A stretch of 64,000 nt of DNA from Macrostomum hystrix (Eukaryota; Animalia; Platyhelminthes): positions 434,001-498,000 of the forward strand of contig CATNEN010000038.1 of assembly GCA_950097015.1 (NCBI GenBank), in the 5' to 3' direction. The notes beneath the pieces were generated by a model. The model was not told the origin of the DNA. It was given only the letters and a program-made list of their open reading frames with translations, and made no database searches. Below are positions 50,676 through 63,065 of this stretch, piece by piece; positions within the stretch are counted from its first letter, which is position 1, and the number at the start of each line of letters is the position of its first letter. Both the position numbers and the translations under genes were made by a program.

Positions 50676-52959
50676 CGGAGATATTTTTGCGACACGTAGT
50701 TTGTCGCTGAAAAATAATTTTGCTTACGTATGTAGGAAAGAATTATCCGTGCGAAAAATTCGCTTTTTAGTATATTCGTAAATTTGAACGTAGATTGTTC
50801 AATAAAAGCACACTAAAACAAAACATTCTAATTGAATATCGATAGTATTCGTTAACTTTGTCTAATAAAAAAATAAGTTTTTAAGCACATTGTTGTTTAA
50901 AATGTTTATCTGACAGTGATTTCACTCAATAAAAAACCAAACACGCTTTGTCAGATATCAATGATTTTACATTTTTTATCCTAAACTTACGGAACAAGAA
51001 ATGAAAATAACACAATAACGACAAAAATTTTATATTGGATCTTGAAACGGAACGAATCTAAATCATATTTTCACATGTGATATTCTTCGTCATAGAGTAA
51101 AACCAGATTGATAAGAAAAACCTGTTGCCTAATATTAAGACTTGAGTTTCGAAAGAGTTGAAGATCAAGTGTAAATGTCTGGGCTGCGGATGATCTGTAA
51201 GTAGCTGAATGATACATATGTAAAATCAAGCACTACAAGATACTTCTAACGGCAAATGGTTCTCGCTTGTTTAGTTATTAGTTATGGTGCTGTTTTTTGG
51301 CACTCATCTGCCTCATACTTGACAACATAGTCAACGCACACCATATCCTAGATGAATGTGGCCGCGCCGTGGATTAAAACTATAGCGTTGATATGGACAA
51401 CTAGACTGGACTCCTACTCTACTCTACTTCACTACTCTGGCTTTGATCTTGGGACGCCTTGCCACTCCCAATCCCTGATTGGATCTGGTTGGTTAGCTAC
51501 CGAAAAGCGCTCATCGGAGCTCAAATCCCCGCTGTTCTCCGACTACGTTTTTCCCATATAGTACTAAATAATCTACTCATAGTAGTCAGGGACTGTGACA
51601 AAACACCCAGTTAGCATAATAAATAAATAATGGTTTTTAATCCTACCGCATGACCAGCTAAATCTGACACTATATATATGAAATAACAATTGGGACGACT
51701 GCATGCCCGGATTTCGACTTTGTGTGGAATACTTGACAGCGGCCTCCTTAACAAGCTATAGCTCATGTCCTCCCTTATATTTTAGTTGAGGATTGAATGA
51801 GATTAAAGCCTGGATTATTCTGCTTTATTGAGACACCGATTTCCTCTGATTCCATCCAATGATGCGCATGCATATTCATAGCTGTAGCTTTCAAAGCTGC
51901 TGCAAAGAAGGCTATCAAAGTCGTCCACAAAGCCCTTTAACAGCGGGGCTTCCGCGTGCGATTAAAAAAAGACAACAATCGTGCTAGGAACAGTTTTTAA
52001 GGATTAGAGAGAGCTTGGCTGCAGAAAAAAACTGACTGTGATGGCACACTGGGGATGGGTTCAAATGAGACATGCACAAGTAGCTGCTAAATTACCTGTC
52101 AATTACCTGTTGCTAAAAGGCCACAAATTGTTGATAGCATCTGTACACAGCCAGCAACATCAGCGGTGCACAAAGCAAAGAATGATTGTTCGAATTAGAC
52201 CTGCAGAAAGTTAAAGGCAAAGCTGGAAAGCATGGGTAAATACCAGCTTTTTTTCTAAATAGCACTTACTAAGTATAGAGAGCCTTCGAACTGCTCCGAA
52301 GCGCAGCGGCATCAGCAGCGACAGCAGCTGCTCGCTGAGACAAACAAAATTGTTGCCCATCGCTGATCGCTACTAGCTGTTTTCTGCTTTGATTTTCAAA
52401 GAGGAAAAATAATGAATGCCCATTGCTGCAAGGGGAAGAGAGCTGGACCCGCATGGCTAGCTCATTCCAGAGCTGCTATAGACTCAAATTAGCTCACACG
52501 TATCTATTGCTACCTTCGACACTGCCATGTGTCTGTTGCTAGCGGATATTATAAATGAGAACTGGCTCACAGGCTTAGCCGCTGCCCTTCCATCTGCACC
52601 TACTCACTCTAACCAAAGCTGCAAAAGCAAGCATCAACAGGAAACTGCTAAAGAGAGGACTCGGGGAGGGCTTGAGTCCCCCTCCCTTGAAGGCTGGAGC
52701 GGATGGAATGAAAGAAGGAAAGAAAATCAAAATCACCGAAACCCGTGCGGCGTCCAATCAGAATGCATAGAAGTGCGTCGGCACACAAATTCTGTTGGGC
52801 GCGGCCGGAATTCGAGGCGACGGAAGTAGAAGAGCAAAATTATCAGACAGACGACAAGAAGACCGGGTGGACGGTGTGATCAACGGGGAACTAAGTTTCT
52901 GTCTTCAGCGCGAAAACGCAAAACGAAAATTTGTCTAAGATTTATCAAAGCCGTTTTCT

Positions 52960-55900
52960 ATGCAGCCCCAGCTGCCGCTCTTGCTGCTGCCGCTGCTGAT
53001 CTGGTTGTCATGGCAACCACAGCCGGCAGGAGGCGTCGATATCTGGAGCCTGCTTCCACCGGACTCGTGCCCTATCGGCCAGCTCAGCCATTTCAACATG
53101 ACGGCCTCGCTTCAGCTGCCACCAAATTCGTCTAGCTTGCTGACCCTACGTCTTGTGCAGGCCGCTTGTCCGACTGCGATCCCAGGTTCGAATCCTGTGC
53201 AGAATATTCTAACCCGACGGGAGCCGCTGGTTTGGCTGGGCTACACGGACCCAGAGTTGTGCCTACTGGCTTCAGCCTGGTCGGGCGGATCTGGCGCTAA
53301 TTTGAATGTCACGTCGGTTTCCTGGAATTGCTACAACTCCGAGCTGACACTCGCGCCGAGTCCACAGCGACTGGCACTTGGCATCGGCGCCCTGCTGCGC
53401 CGATTCCGCTGGCAGAACCTGGCGATCCTGTGGCAGGCCGGCTCCGTCTACTGGCCGCGGCTGGCCGATCAGCTGGCCGCCAGGCTGGTCATCGAAGACT
53501 TCGAAATACCGACAGGAGCATTTTTCAGCGTCAGCAGCGCTTCACTAAACAGCAGCCTGGCGGAGCTGCGCAGCGTTGCGGCTGTCAAGGGTGAGATCGA
53601 CTGGTTGGTTCGTCTGTTGATCGACTGATCGATTGATTGATCACTAGATTGATAGATTGGTTGTTTGATTAAGTAATTGAGTGATTGATTGAAGCCAAGA
53701 CGTGGAAGGCTAGAGCGTCGGACACACAACTTGAAAGTCGGGGGTTCGATTCCCGACTCCACTGGAATGATTTGTGCCCTTTAGCAAGATAGATCAGCCT
53801 GCATTGCATCAGTTCATCACTCGATACTGTTAGATGGGCACCAGGTAATTCAGGTGTGTAGCGTCCTATCGCAGGGATAGATGAATAGATTCGACGATTG
53901 ATAATTTGACTGATTGGTTGATAAATGTGATGCCGAGTTTAGTCTATTTTGTACTTCTTCCGCATCAACCTGCCGGTAGATTTCAGTCGTTCTCGGTTGC
54001 CATGGTAACGAATGAAATCCAAGTTGTTAAAGAAACTTCTCACACAGCAAACAGATTCGAGATCAAATTCATTGAGTCGAGAATTCGCTATGGGACGAGT
54101 TGCCATCTTTGATGCACCATTTTCCTTTCGCAAAGAAGACTATAAATCACAGGCCTTTTCAAAATTCCTTATCAAAGAAGGAAGGGACAAACTGTTTACT
54201 TTCTTTTGAGAGTCTTAACGCTAGGACCATAAAGTGTGCAAAGTGTAACATACTACTCAAATAAGCCGGGACAGGCTATGTGAACGCAGAGGAGTGCTCT
54301 AGATTTTAAATGCCAGGTCTTTTAACATTAGACCATGGGGTCTTGACTTAACTTGACTTAGCGGCAGGGAGCCTCCATGACGGACGCAGCGAGGAGGCGG
54401 CCGGTGCCGCCCATATCGCTAACCCCTGGCAGCCGGACGGCCTCCAGCGAGGCGGTGCCGCTCAGGGTGGTCCGTCGGTCGGTTCCGCCGCGTGATCTCC
54501 CTCGCCATAGGCTGGGAAGAAATCAGCTCGACCGGTATCGCGGAGGAAGTGGGCGAGCTGTGGAATGCTGTCGGGCGAGCAGGCTTCGACTAGGGTCGGC
54601 ACCGGCCCGAGATGTTTTAGCCTAGCCCGGGTGAAGGCGTTTTCACATCCGGAGCAGCAGAAGGGACACGTTTCCTCAGGCACATGGCCTTGGAGGTAGC
54701 GGTGTCTGGTGAAGCAGCCATGTCCCGAGAGGGCCATGGTGACTGCTCTCAGGTCTCTGCGATTTAGCCTAAGCAAGGCTTTACGCAGGTTACTAGAGGG
54801 GGTTGGCACCGCAGCCCTGGACTGGCGACAGTCCTTCGGTGTTGGGTCTCCATCCGGCGGTTGATGTTGGAGTTTACCACAGAAATAGGGATCGGGGCCT
54901 CCGGGCCCGGGCCCATCAGGGAGCTGGCTGCTCCAGCCTTTGCAAGCTGGTCCGCCATCTCATTCCCTGTGAGCCCGGCGTGCCCAGGGATCCACATCAG
55001 CTCCACCTTGTTAGACTGAGACCATGGGGTATTTCAAATACCAACATTTTGATTTTTCTTAACCTCCTAAAATATATTCAACCGATCGCCATGAATTTTC
55101 AAATCTGTCCGATGAAACAGTTTCCAGCATCACAAAACATCGGCATTGTCGAGATCTTTAAAGATACTCGTTGCGGTGTCTTGTGATCAGATCCACTCGA
55201 TCATAGGCGTAATAATTCTGCTCACAAGTTTGATCATGTCGGCTATTATCGTTGATTTTATTGATTTTTTTTTCGTTTAACGGAAAAGCGAGAAAACCGT
55301 TACTTTTTAACGCTTCTCATCCTGATATTAATCAAAGTCGAAGCCTTCAATTTCTGCTAAATTCCAGCCGTGATTCTGCTCATGGAGACTCAGCTAGCGG
55401 TGGACACTCTGCAGTCGGCATGGCAACACCAGTTCGGCCAGTCGGCCTACATTTTCCTGCTAGTTAGCGAGGCCGTGTTCTCGCCAGACGCTCGGCTGAT
55501 CTGGAGCCGGCTGTTGAGCAATTCTTCTAACGTCAGAAATTTTGCTGGGTCGCTGGCCATTGTGTGTGCTCAGCCCGCCGGCGCCAATGCCACCGCCTTC
55601 CACGACTGGAGTGCCGGCTTCGACCAGAGGGTGAGAAAATGGGGTGAGGTGAGGAGACGGGACCGGAGGCGAGGATAGAGTAGGTGAGGATAGAGTAGGT
55701 GAGGAGAGAGTAAGTGAGGAGAGAGTAGGTGAGGAGAGAGTAGGTGAGGAGAGAGTAGGTGAGGAGAGAGTAGGTGAGGAGAGAGTAAGTGAGGAGAGAG
55801 TAGGTGAGGAGAGAGTAGGTGAGGAGAGAGGTGAGGAGAGGTGAGGAGAGGTGAGGAGAGAGGAGGAGAGAGAGGAGATGAGGAGAAAGGAGGTGAGAGT

Positions 55901-58900
55901 AGGTAATAATATTTTGATATTAATTATTACAAAACAGCAATCCTTGCAGATCCACTACGGAAGCCACACGGCTATTTCTTGGACAGTGGCAGCCGCAGCT
56001 GCAGCCGGAACTTCCTCAGGATCAGCCGTTCAGTTTCCATCCAAGGCGGCATTTTTAAACCTGACCATTCCCAGCTGGCTTCCGGGGACAACTCCAGGTT
56101 TGGCCATAGATAGCGCCGGTTTGGCTTTCATCGATCTGGTGCTGCTGGATTTCTCGCCAGAGTCGAACCGGTTCACGCCGGCTGCCGTCATAGCCGGGCC
56201 GGCCTTCAATGCGGTGTCACCAGCCGGGCCAGAACTGAAGCTCGCGCTGTTTGGCAGCGTCCCGCCTGCCGATGCCTGCTTCTTCAGCGTCTGCCCGGCT
56301 GCTGCCGACTCCGGTGAGCCTGTCCGCTGTGTCTGTCTGCCTGTCCACTTAGTTTGTCTGCCTGTCCGCTGTGTCTGTCTGTCTGCCTGTCCGCTGTGTC
56401 TGTCTGTCTGCCTGTCCGCTGTGTCTGTCTGTCTGCCTGTCCGCTGTGTCTGTCTGTCTGCCTGTCCGATGTGTCTGTCTGCCTGTCCGCTGTGTCTGTC
56501 TGTCTGCCTGTCCGATGTGTCTGTCTGCCTGTCCGCTGTGTCTGTCTGTCTGCCTGTCCGATGTGTCTGTCTGTCTGCCTGTCCGCTGTGTCTGTCTGCC
56601 TGTCCGCTGTGTCTGTCTGTCTGCCTGTCCGCTGTGTCTGTCTGCCTGTCCGCTGTGTCTGTCTGCCTGTCCGCTGTGTCTGTCTGTCTGTCCGCTGTGT
56701 CTGTCTGCCTGTGTCTGTGGCTGTGTCTGTCTGCCTGTCCGCTGTGTCTGTCTGCCTGTCCGCTGTGTCTGTCTGCCTGTCCGCTGTGTCTGTCTGTCTG
56801 TCCGCTGTGTCTGTCTGCCTGTGTCTGTGGCTGTGTCTGTCTGCCTGTCCGCTGTGTCTGTCTGCCTGTCCGCTGTGTCTGTCTGCCTGTGTCTGTGGCT
56901 GTGTCTGTCTGCCTGTCCGCTGTGTCTGTCTGCCTGTGTCTGTGGCTGTGTCTGTCTGCCTGTTCGCTGTGTACCCAATGACCGTCTGCTTCAATTTCAA
57001 GCGCCATCTGCCAGCTAAACTGAGCTGGAACAATTGCTCACACTTCAGGAGGGTTCACGGCGGCCTACGGCCTGGTCCTGCTTGGCGTGCTGCTGGTGGT
57101 TTGCTTGGTTGGCTTTGTGGCCTTCTGGCTCGTCAGGTGAGAATTGCCGCTCTCTGCCCGCCTCTTTTTTGCATCGATTGTTTGATCGCTTTGAAATTGA
57201 AAAGACAGATAATTGAGGCTTAAACAGATTAGCAGTAGAGCTACCAAGGGGTATTTCCCTTGGCAAATTTTTGTGCTGCACCCGAACGGAGCAACGCAAG
57301 CACACGAAACTCAAGAACACGGGCCAAATTTTTGTTGCGCATCTTCTGAAACAATAATCAAGTCGCCAGCTCTTCAGACCGTCGCGATATTTTATGGTTC
57401 TCGCCGAAGGTCCGACTTTCCCCATAAGTGCAAGTGTCTTTCATACAACCCTATGCATGAATTTGCGCTGCGGCTCAGTGCGGCCTTGCCAGGCCTTCAA
57501 AATTGATCAGCATGTCACCTGAATGTACCTGCATCATCTCCGTCTTCGGTGGTCACCTACCTTTATCTAGACGGATTTGCCGGACCTTCAATGGACACCC
57601 TGACGCGAATTTCTCCAATTTCACTGATCAAACCTAAATATTAGGCGCAGCTCAACCACAGGACACCATCGCCTAGTCTGCCAACCAATCAGTCACCACC
57701 CAACGCTGTTAGCTTTCAGGCGCTGCCAAAACATTTTTCAGGGTTCCCACTCCCTTGGTATACAAAACGGGCCGCAAAATAGCTTGTTGCTTGTCCAACT
57801 GTTTAAACAACTTGAGAACTATAAAAAAGGTCGTATCAATTGTCTCTTCCTGTTGAACATAACAATCACTTGAATTCCTTAAAATTAAAAAACCTATTAG
57901 ACATTTAATATTTAAAAAACCTCCTGGAAATCAAGACATTAAAATTGACTTACTCAATCCCAATGTCAAATAATGTCTACGTGGAGAATCATTTTGCTTA
58001 GAAATCTCAAGGTCAAATAATGTCTGCATCGAGAATCATTTTGCTAGGAAACCTCAAGGTCAAATAATGTCTGCATCGAGAATCATTTTGCTAGGAAACC
58101 TCAAGGTCAAATAATGTCTGCATCGAGAATCATTTTGCTAGGAAACCTCAAGGTCAAATAATGTCTGCATCGAGAATCATTTTGCTAGGAAACCTCAAGG
58201 TCAAATAATGTCTGCATCGAGAATCATTTTGCTAGGAAACCTCAAGGTCAAATAATGTCTGCATCGAGAATCATTTTGCTAGGAAACCTCAAGGTCAAAT
58301 AATGTCTGCATCGAGAATCATTTTGCTAGGAAACCTCAAGGTCAAATAATGTCTGCATCGAGAATTATTTTGCTAGGAAATCTCAAGGTCAAATAATGTC
58401 TGCATCGAGAATCATTTTGCTAGGAAACCTCAAGGTCAAATAATGTCTGCATCGAGAATTATTTTGCTAGGAAATCTCAAGGTCAAATAATGTCTGCATC
58501 GAGTATCATTTTGTTTGGAAATCTCAGGGTCAAATAATGTCTAATAATAATAATATTAGATAATATAATAATTTAATATTGTTCATAAAAAATGCAGTTC
58601 CAGTCTCACAATCAGTTTTTATTTTCCTTCATTAATTTATCCCCTTTAGGCGCTACCTGAGTCGGAAGGCGATGGCCAGAGGACCGAACAAGATGATCCT
58701 CTACCCGGGCGATGTCGAATTTCAAAAGAATCGAGTGCTGAGCAAAAGCGTTCAGGTGAGTAAAGAAGAGGCTGCAGCGCAGCGCAGAGATTGACAGCTC
58801 GCGGCGAGCGAATTTCGCGGCTAATTAGGATGCACCAGTCCAGCTCTGACATGAGATTTAGGCGTTCTACCTTTCGCTAATAGAAATTTGAATCTGCAGC

Positions 58901-61900
58901 AGATAATCCGGCAGTTTCCGTCTATCCCATCCTCCCCGGACGCTAGTAGCGGATTTCTTTGAGCTAGAGAAATGGGAAAGCTTAGTTTTAATCGCTTCAA
59001 AATAATTTTGGTTGTAGACTGCGGCGTAGAAAATAAATGGTTATTGCTTTTTTTTTCGATTTTCATGCGGTTTTGAGAATAAATCTATGAGTGAGAATTC
59101 TATGAGCTTCTTTGTTTCCACATAAACACACTGATAAACACACTGCCTGTTAAACACACTGTCGGATAAACACACTGCCTGATAAACACACTGCCTGATA
59201 AACACACTGCCTGATAAACACACTGCCTGATAAACACACTGCCTGATAAACACACAGCCTGTTAAACACACTGTCGGATAAACACACTGCCAGATAAACA
59301 CACTGCCTGTTAAACACACTGTCGGATAAACACACTGCCTGATAAACACACTGCCTGATAAACACACTGCCTGATAAACACACAGCCTGTTAAACACACT
59401 GTCGGATAAACACACTGCCAGATAAACACACTGCCTGATAAACACACTGCCAGATAAACTCACTCCCAGATAAACTCACTCACTCTTAGATAAACACACT
59501 CCCAGATAAACTCACTCTTAGATAAACAAAAGATAGATTGATAACTCACTCACTGCAATAAACTCCTGAATGCGCCTCCATCAGAGCCTGAAGCACAACG
59601 CGGACGCCACGGTGGCTGAGGTGGCTCTTCCCGGCCTGCTGCAGAGCCAGAACCGGCAGGCCGAGACATTGCGCAACGCGATGGCGGAACGGCGCTCACT
59701 GAAGAGTCCGACCAGCGAGTCGGAGGTCACCGACCCCAATACGGCTAAGTACAATGTGAGGCTCGGCTGCTCAGTGGGATAAAAATGTCTTTTGGGATCC
59801 GGGGATTGTCAATGGGAAAAAGCTTTGGGGATCAGAAGGCAGTCAGTGGGATAAAAATGTCTCTTAGGGATCAGAGGACAGTCAGTGGAATAAAAATGTA
59901 TTTTAGGGATCAGAGGACAGTCAGTGGGATAAAAATGTCTTTTAGGGATCAGAGGACAGTCAGTGGAATAAAAATGTATTTTAGGGATCAGAGGACAGTC
60001 AGTGGGATAAAAATGTATTTTAGGGATCAGAGGACAGTCAGTGGAATAAAAATGTATTTTAGGGATCAGAGGACAGTCAGTGGGATAAAAATGTATTTTA
60101 GGGATCAGAGGACAGTCAATAGGATAAAAATGTATTTTAGGGATCAGAGGACAGTCAGTGGGATAAAAATGTATTTTAGGGATCAGAGGACAGTCAGTGG
60201 AATAAAAATGTATTTTAGGGATCAGAGGACAGTCAGTGGGATAAAAATGTATTTTAGGGATCAGAGGACAGTCAATAGGATAAAAATGTATTTTAGGGAT
60301 CAGAGGACAGTCAATAGGATAAAAATGTATTTTAGGGATCAGAGGACAGTCAATAGGATAAAGATTGCATTTGGGATTAGGAGACAGTCGATGGGATAGA
60401 GATGTTTTTTGGTTCAAGGATTTTCATTGGGATAAAGCTTTGGGGATCAGAGGACAGTGAGGATGGGGATGTCTCTAGGAGATCATAAAACAGTCCATTC
60501 GATAAAGATATCTCTAGGGATTCGGAGACATACAATGGGATAAATATGTATTTTGGGATCAGATGGGGATCAGTTCCTGAAGACTTGAAAGTGCGCTGTT
60601 GCCGGCACGGTTGAGCCACATGACGAGAACGCGCCTGTTTCAGGGAGATTTCATTCATCTAAAGTACATCGACGTTCCCGGCAGCTCGATGAAGAACAAG
60701 CTGACCAATTACATCCGGCTGCTGCGGGAAGTCCGCAACGAGAATGTGAACCCCTTCGTTGGCGTCCTAATTGACATGGACCGGCTGGGATTCGTGTGGG
60801 ATTTCTGCACTCGGGGCAGCCTTAGGGTAAGCACCTGAGCTCAGCGACTCAATGGGTCTTTTAAGGAAAATTAATAAGAAATAAGGTCATTTGGGAATCG
60901 ACTGCTTTTGACAGGCTTTTCACCTGTTAGACGGGTTTGCCAACTTTAACAAATAGTTCATCATTTGTTAGACATGTTTTTCACCTGTCGGATATGGTTA
61001 ATCAACTGTTAATCAGCCACGGTGAGATGAGACACAGATTTGTTGTGTTTTATAAAAGTTTGTCATATTTTATGAACACCTCACCACCAGACAGGTCTTT
61101 TATCCGCCAAACGAGTGTCTACCCGCTGAGTTGGTTCAAATTCTACTGAAATTCTACTCAAATTCTACATTGCAGGATGTAATCAACAATCCGTCAGTAA
61201 ATTTGGATTGGGATTTTAAACTATCTCTAATGACGGACTTGGTGAAGGTAAGACCCGCACCCGCTTGTGATAAACACATTGTTGCGTGTACTGCAGTGAT
61301 AGGCCCGACCATGTTAAGAAGTGCTCGCTACTGATTTTTGCCAGGGTCTTCGCTACCTGCACCACAGTTCCATTGTGAAGGTGCACGGCAACCTGAAGTC
61401 AACCAACTGCGTCATTGACGGCCGATGGGTACTGAAAATGACCGACTTCGGCCTCAACGAAGTCTACAACATGTACGGCCAGCGGGTTGCCCGCCAGGAC
61501 GAGCAGCAGCTGTGGACGGCGCCTGAAATCCTTCGAGAGCCGACGCCGACTGTCGGCGTGCATCCGGGCACGCAGAAGGGCGACGTCTACTCCTTCGCCA
61601 TCGTGATGCAGGAGATTGTGACCAGGGACGCGCCGTACGGTATGATGGGAATGAGCGCGGCCGACATTCTAAGAAAGCTGCGCAAGCCGCCGCCGCTGTG
61701 CCGGCCGCAGGTGACGCAGAGCGAAGCCCCTCCGGCCTACATCCAGATCATGAAGCAGGCCTGGGCAGAGAACCCGGACATGCGGCCCGACATGAACACC
61801 GTCAACCACACCTTCAAGAGCCTCCTTCAGGGCCGCAAGATGAACATTGTGGACCACATGTTCAAGATGATGGAAAAGTACTCAGCCGATCTTGAGGACA

Positions 61901-61976
61901 CAGTCCGAGAGAGAACAATTGAGCTGGAGGTCGAGAAGAAGAAGACAGAGATGCTGGTCGCCAGAATGCTACCCAG
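52960..61976 (+). CDS. Receptor-type (natriuretic peptide receptor-like) guanylate cyclase, partial (exons 52960-53590, 55368-55630, 55938 or 55950-56313, 57049-57136, 58650-58755, 59585-59755, 60644-60826, 61176-61247, 61345-61976); cyclase exons not found in window
   Basis: Signal peptide [19 protein letters not shown]-receptor-like [15 protein letters not shown] exon [23 protein letters not shown], kinase-homology domain ([51 protein letters not shown]) and hinge ([18 protein letters not shown]...[14 protein letters not shown]). Splice phases are consistent. Confidence 0.92.
53695..53845 (+). mobile_element. SINE family A copy
   Basis: TAGAGCGTCGG...GGGGTTCGATTCCC head and GTGCCCTTTAGCAAG CORE-like segment. 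Confidence 0.75.
54342..55018 (-). mobile_element. 5'-truncated non-LTR retrotransposon with RNase H remnant
   Basis: 12-bp TSD AGACCATGGGGT at 54330-54341 and 55019-55030. RNase H motif [23 protein letters not shown]-terminal LSGHGCF...CPFC remnant. 3' tail TAAGTCAAGTTAAGTCAAG. Confidence 0.9.
55640..55905. repeat. Purine-rich 15-bp repeat (GTAGGTGAGGAGAGA) in guanylate cyclase intron 2
   Basis: Directly visible. Confidence 0.9.
56318..56972. repeat. 21-25-bp GT-rich minisatellite (GCCTGTCCGCTGTGTCTGTCT) in guanylate cyclase intron 3
   Basis: Directly visible. Starts 4 nt into the intron. Confidence 0.95.
57965..58542. repeat. 47-bp minisatellite, about 12 copies, in guanylate cyclase intron 4
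   Basis: TCAAGGTCAAATAATGTCTGCATCGAGAATCATTTTGCTAGGAAACC in tandem. Confidence 0.96.
59122..59525. repeat. 16-bp minisatellite (GATAAACACACTGCCT) in guanylate cyclase intron 5
   Basis: Directly visible. Confidence 0.94.
59772..60400. repeat. 39-bp minisatellite (TCAGTGGGATAAAAATGTATTTTAGGGATCAGAGGACAG) in guanylate cyclase intron 6
   Basis: Directly visible, with degenerate copies trailing to about 60570. Confidence 0.95.
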
Positions 61977-61999
61977 GTAAATAAATACATGTTCGACAA

Positions 62000-62601
62000 A
62001 GGGTGTCTAACTACCTGTTAGACAGAGTGTCCCTAACTACCTGTTAGACAGTGGGTGTCTAACTACCTGTTAGACAGAGTGTCCCTAACTACCTGTTAGA
62101 CAGTGGGTGTCTAACTACCTGTTAGACAGAGGGTCCCTAACTACCTGTTAGACAGAGGGTCCCTAACTACCTGTTAGACAGAGGGTCCCTAACTACCTGT
62201 TAGACAGTGGATGTCTAACTACCTGTTAGACAGAGGGTGTCAAATTACCTATTAGACAGAGGGAGTCTAACAACCTGTTAGACAGTGGGTGTCTAACTAC
62301 CTGTTAGACAGAGGGTCTCTAACTACCTATTAGACAGAGGGAGTCTAACAACCTGTTAGACAGTGGGTGTCTAACTACCTGTTAGACAGAGGGTCTCTAA
62401 CTACCTATTAGACAGAGGGAGTCTAACAACCTGTTAGACAGTGGGTGTCTAACTACCTGTTAGACAGAGGGTCTCTAACTACCTATTAGACAAAGGGTGT
62501 CTAACAACCTGTTAGACAGAGGGTCCCTAACTACCTGTTGGACAGAGGGTGCCTAACTACCTGTTAGACAGAGGGTCTCTAACTACCTGTTAGACAGAGG
62601 G
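62000..62601 (+). repeat. 26-27-bp hairpin minisatellite (CTAACTACCTGTTAGACAGAGGGTGT), left arm
   Basis: Directly visible. Confidence 0.95.
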
Positions 62602-63065
62602 TAACAAAGATGCTTAACGAAAAAGTGCTTTGCCAGAAAGAGTAAGATCGTTACAAATTTAGCGCTAATCTTGCTATCTTACAGGGCGTCGCTTTTTGTT
62701 CATTGGTTTTTCCCTTCTCTCAAGCCCAACCTTAGCAGCTGAGTACAGTGCTCAGAGTTAATTAAAACGAGCTCCGTCACAGAGTCCACAAGGTCACGCT
62801 CCTGAATAGCGACTCGAGCTGAGGGGATACAGAAAAGGTCTAACACAATTTTGATGAATTCGGCTGATTAATTCCTAGGCCGGCTAAAAGGAAAGTAATT
62901 TTTTAAATTTGTACTCTGACTGCTTAGCTGATTACCAAGACACAGATTAACTTCTGATGGACTCCAAAAACAAATCATTTTCTGATTTTCAGAAGCCCTG
63001 TCTCTATCATTATTAGGGCCGCTAGATGGTAAAAACTAGAATATCGATATCACAGACACTCGCTC

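Noticed and set aside
53700-53765. Possible tRNA genes (also 6570-6630, 10400-10450, 12565-12618, 63830-63900)
   Set aside because: A/B boxes are present but no complete cloverleaf. Most continue into shared SINE bodies.
56030-57223. Cys-rich and QTDR-rich ORFs; likewise ORFs at 7807-8253, 19569-19958, 33352-34246, 47332-48027 and 59041-60417
   Set aside because: All are artefacts of tandem repeats.
62676-62720. CTTACAG as acceptor of the next guanylate cyclase exon
   Set aside because: The in-phase translation does not resemble the expected continuation into the cyclase domain.
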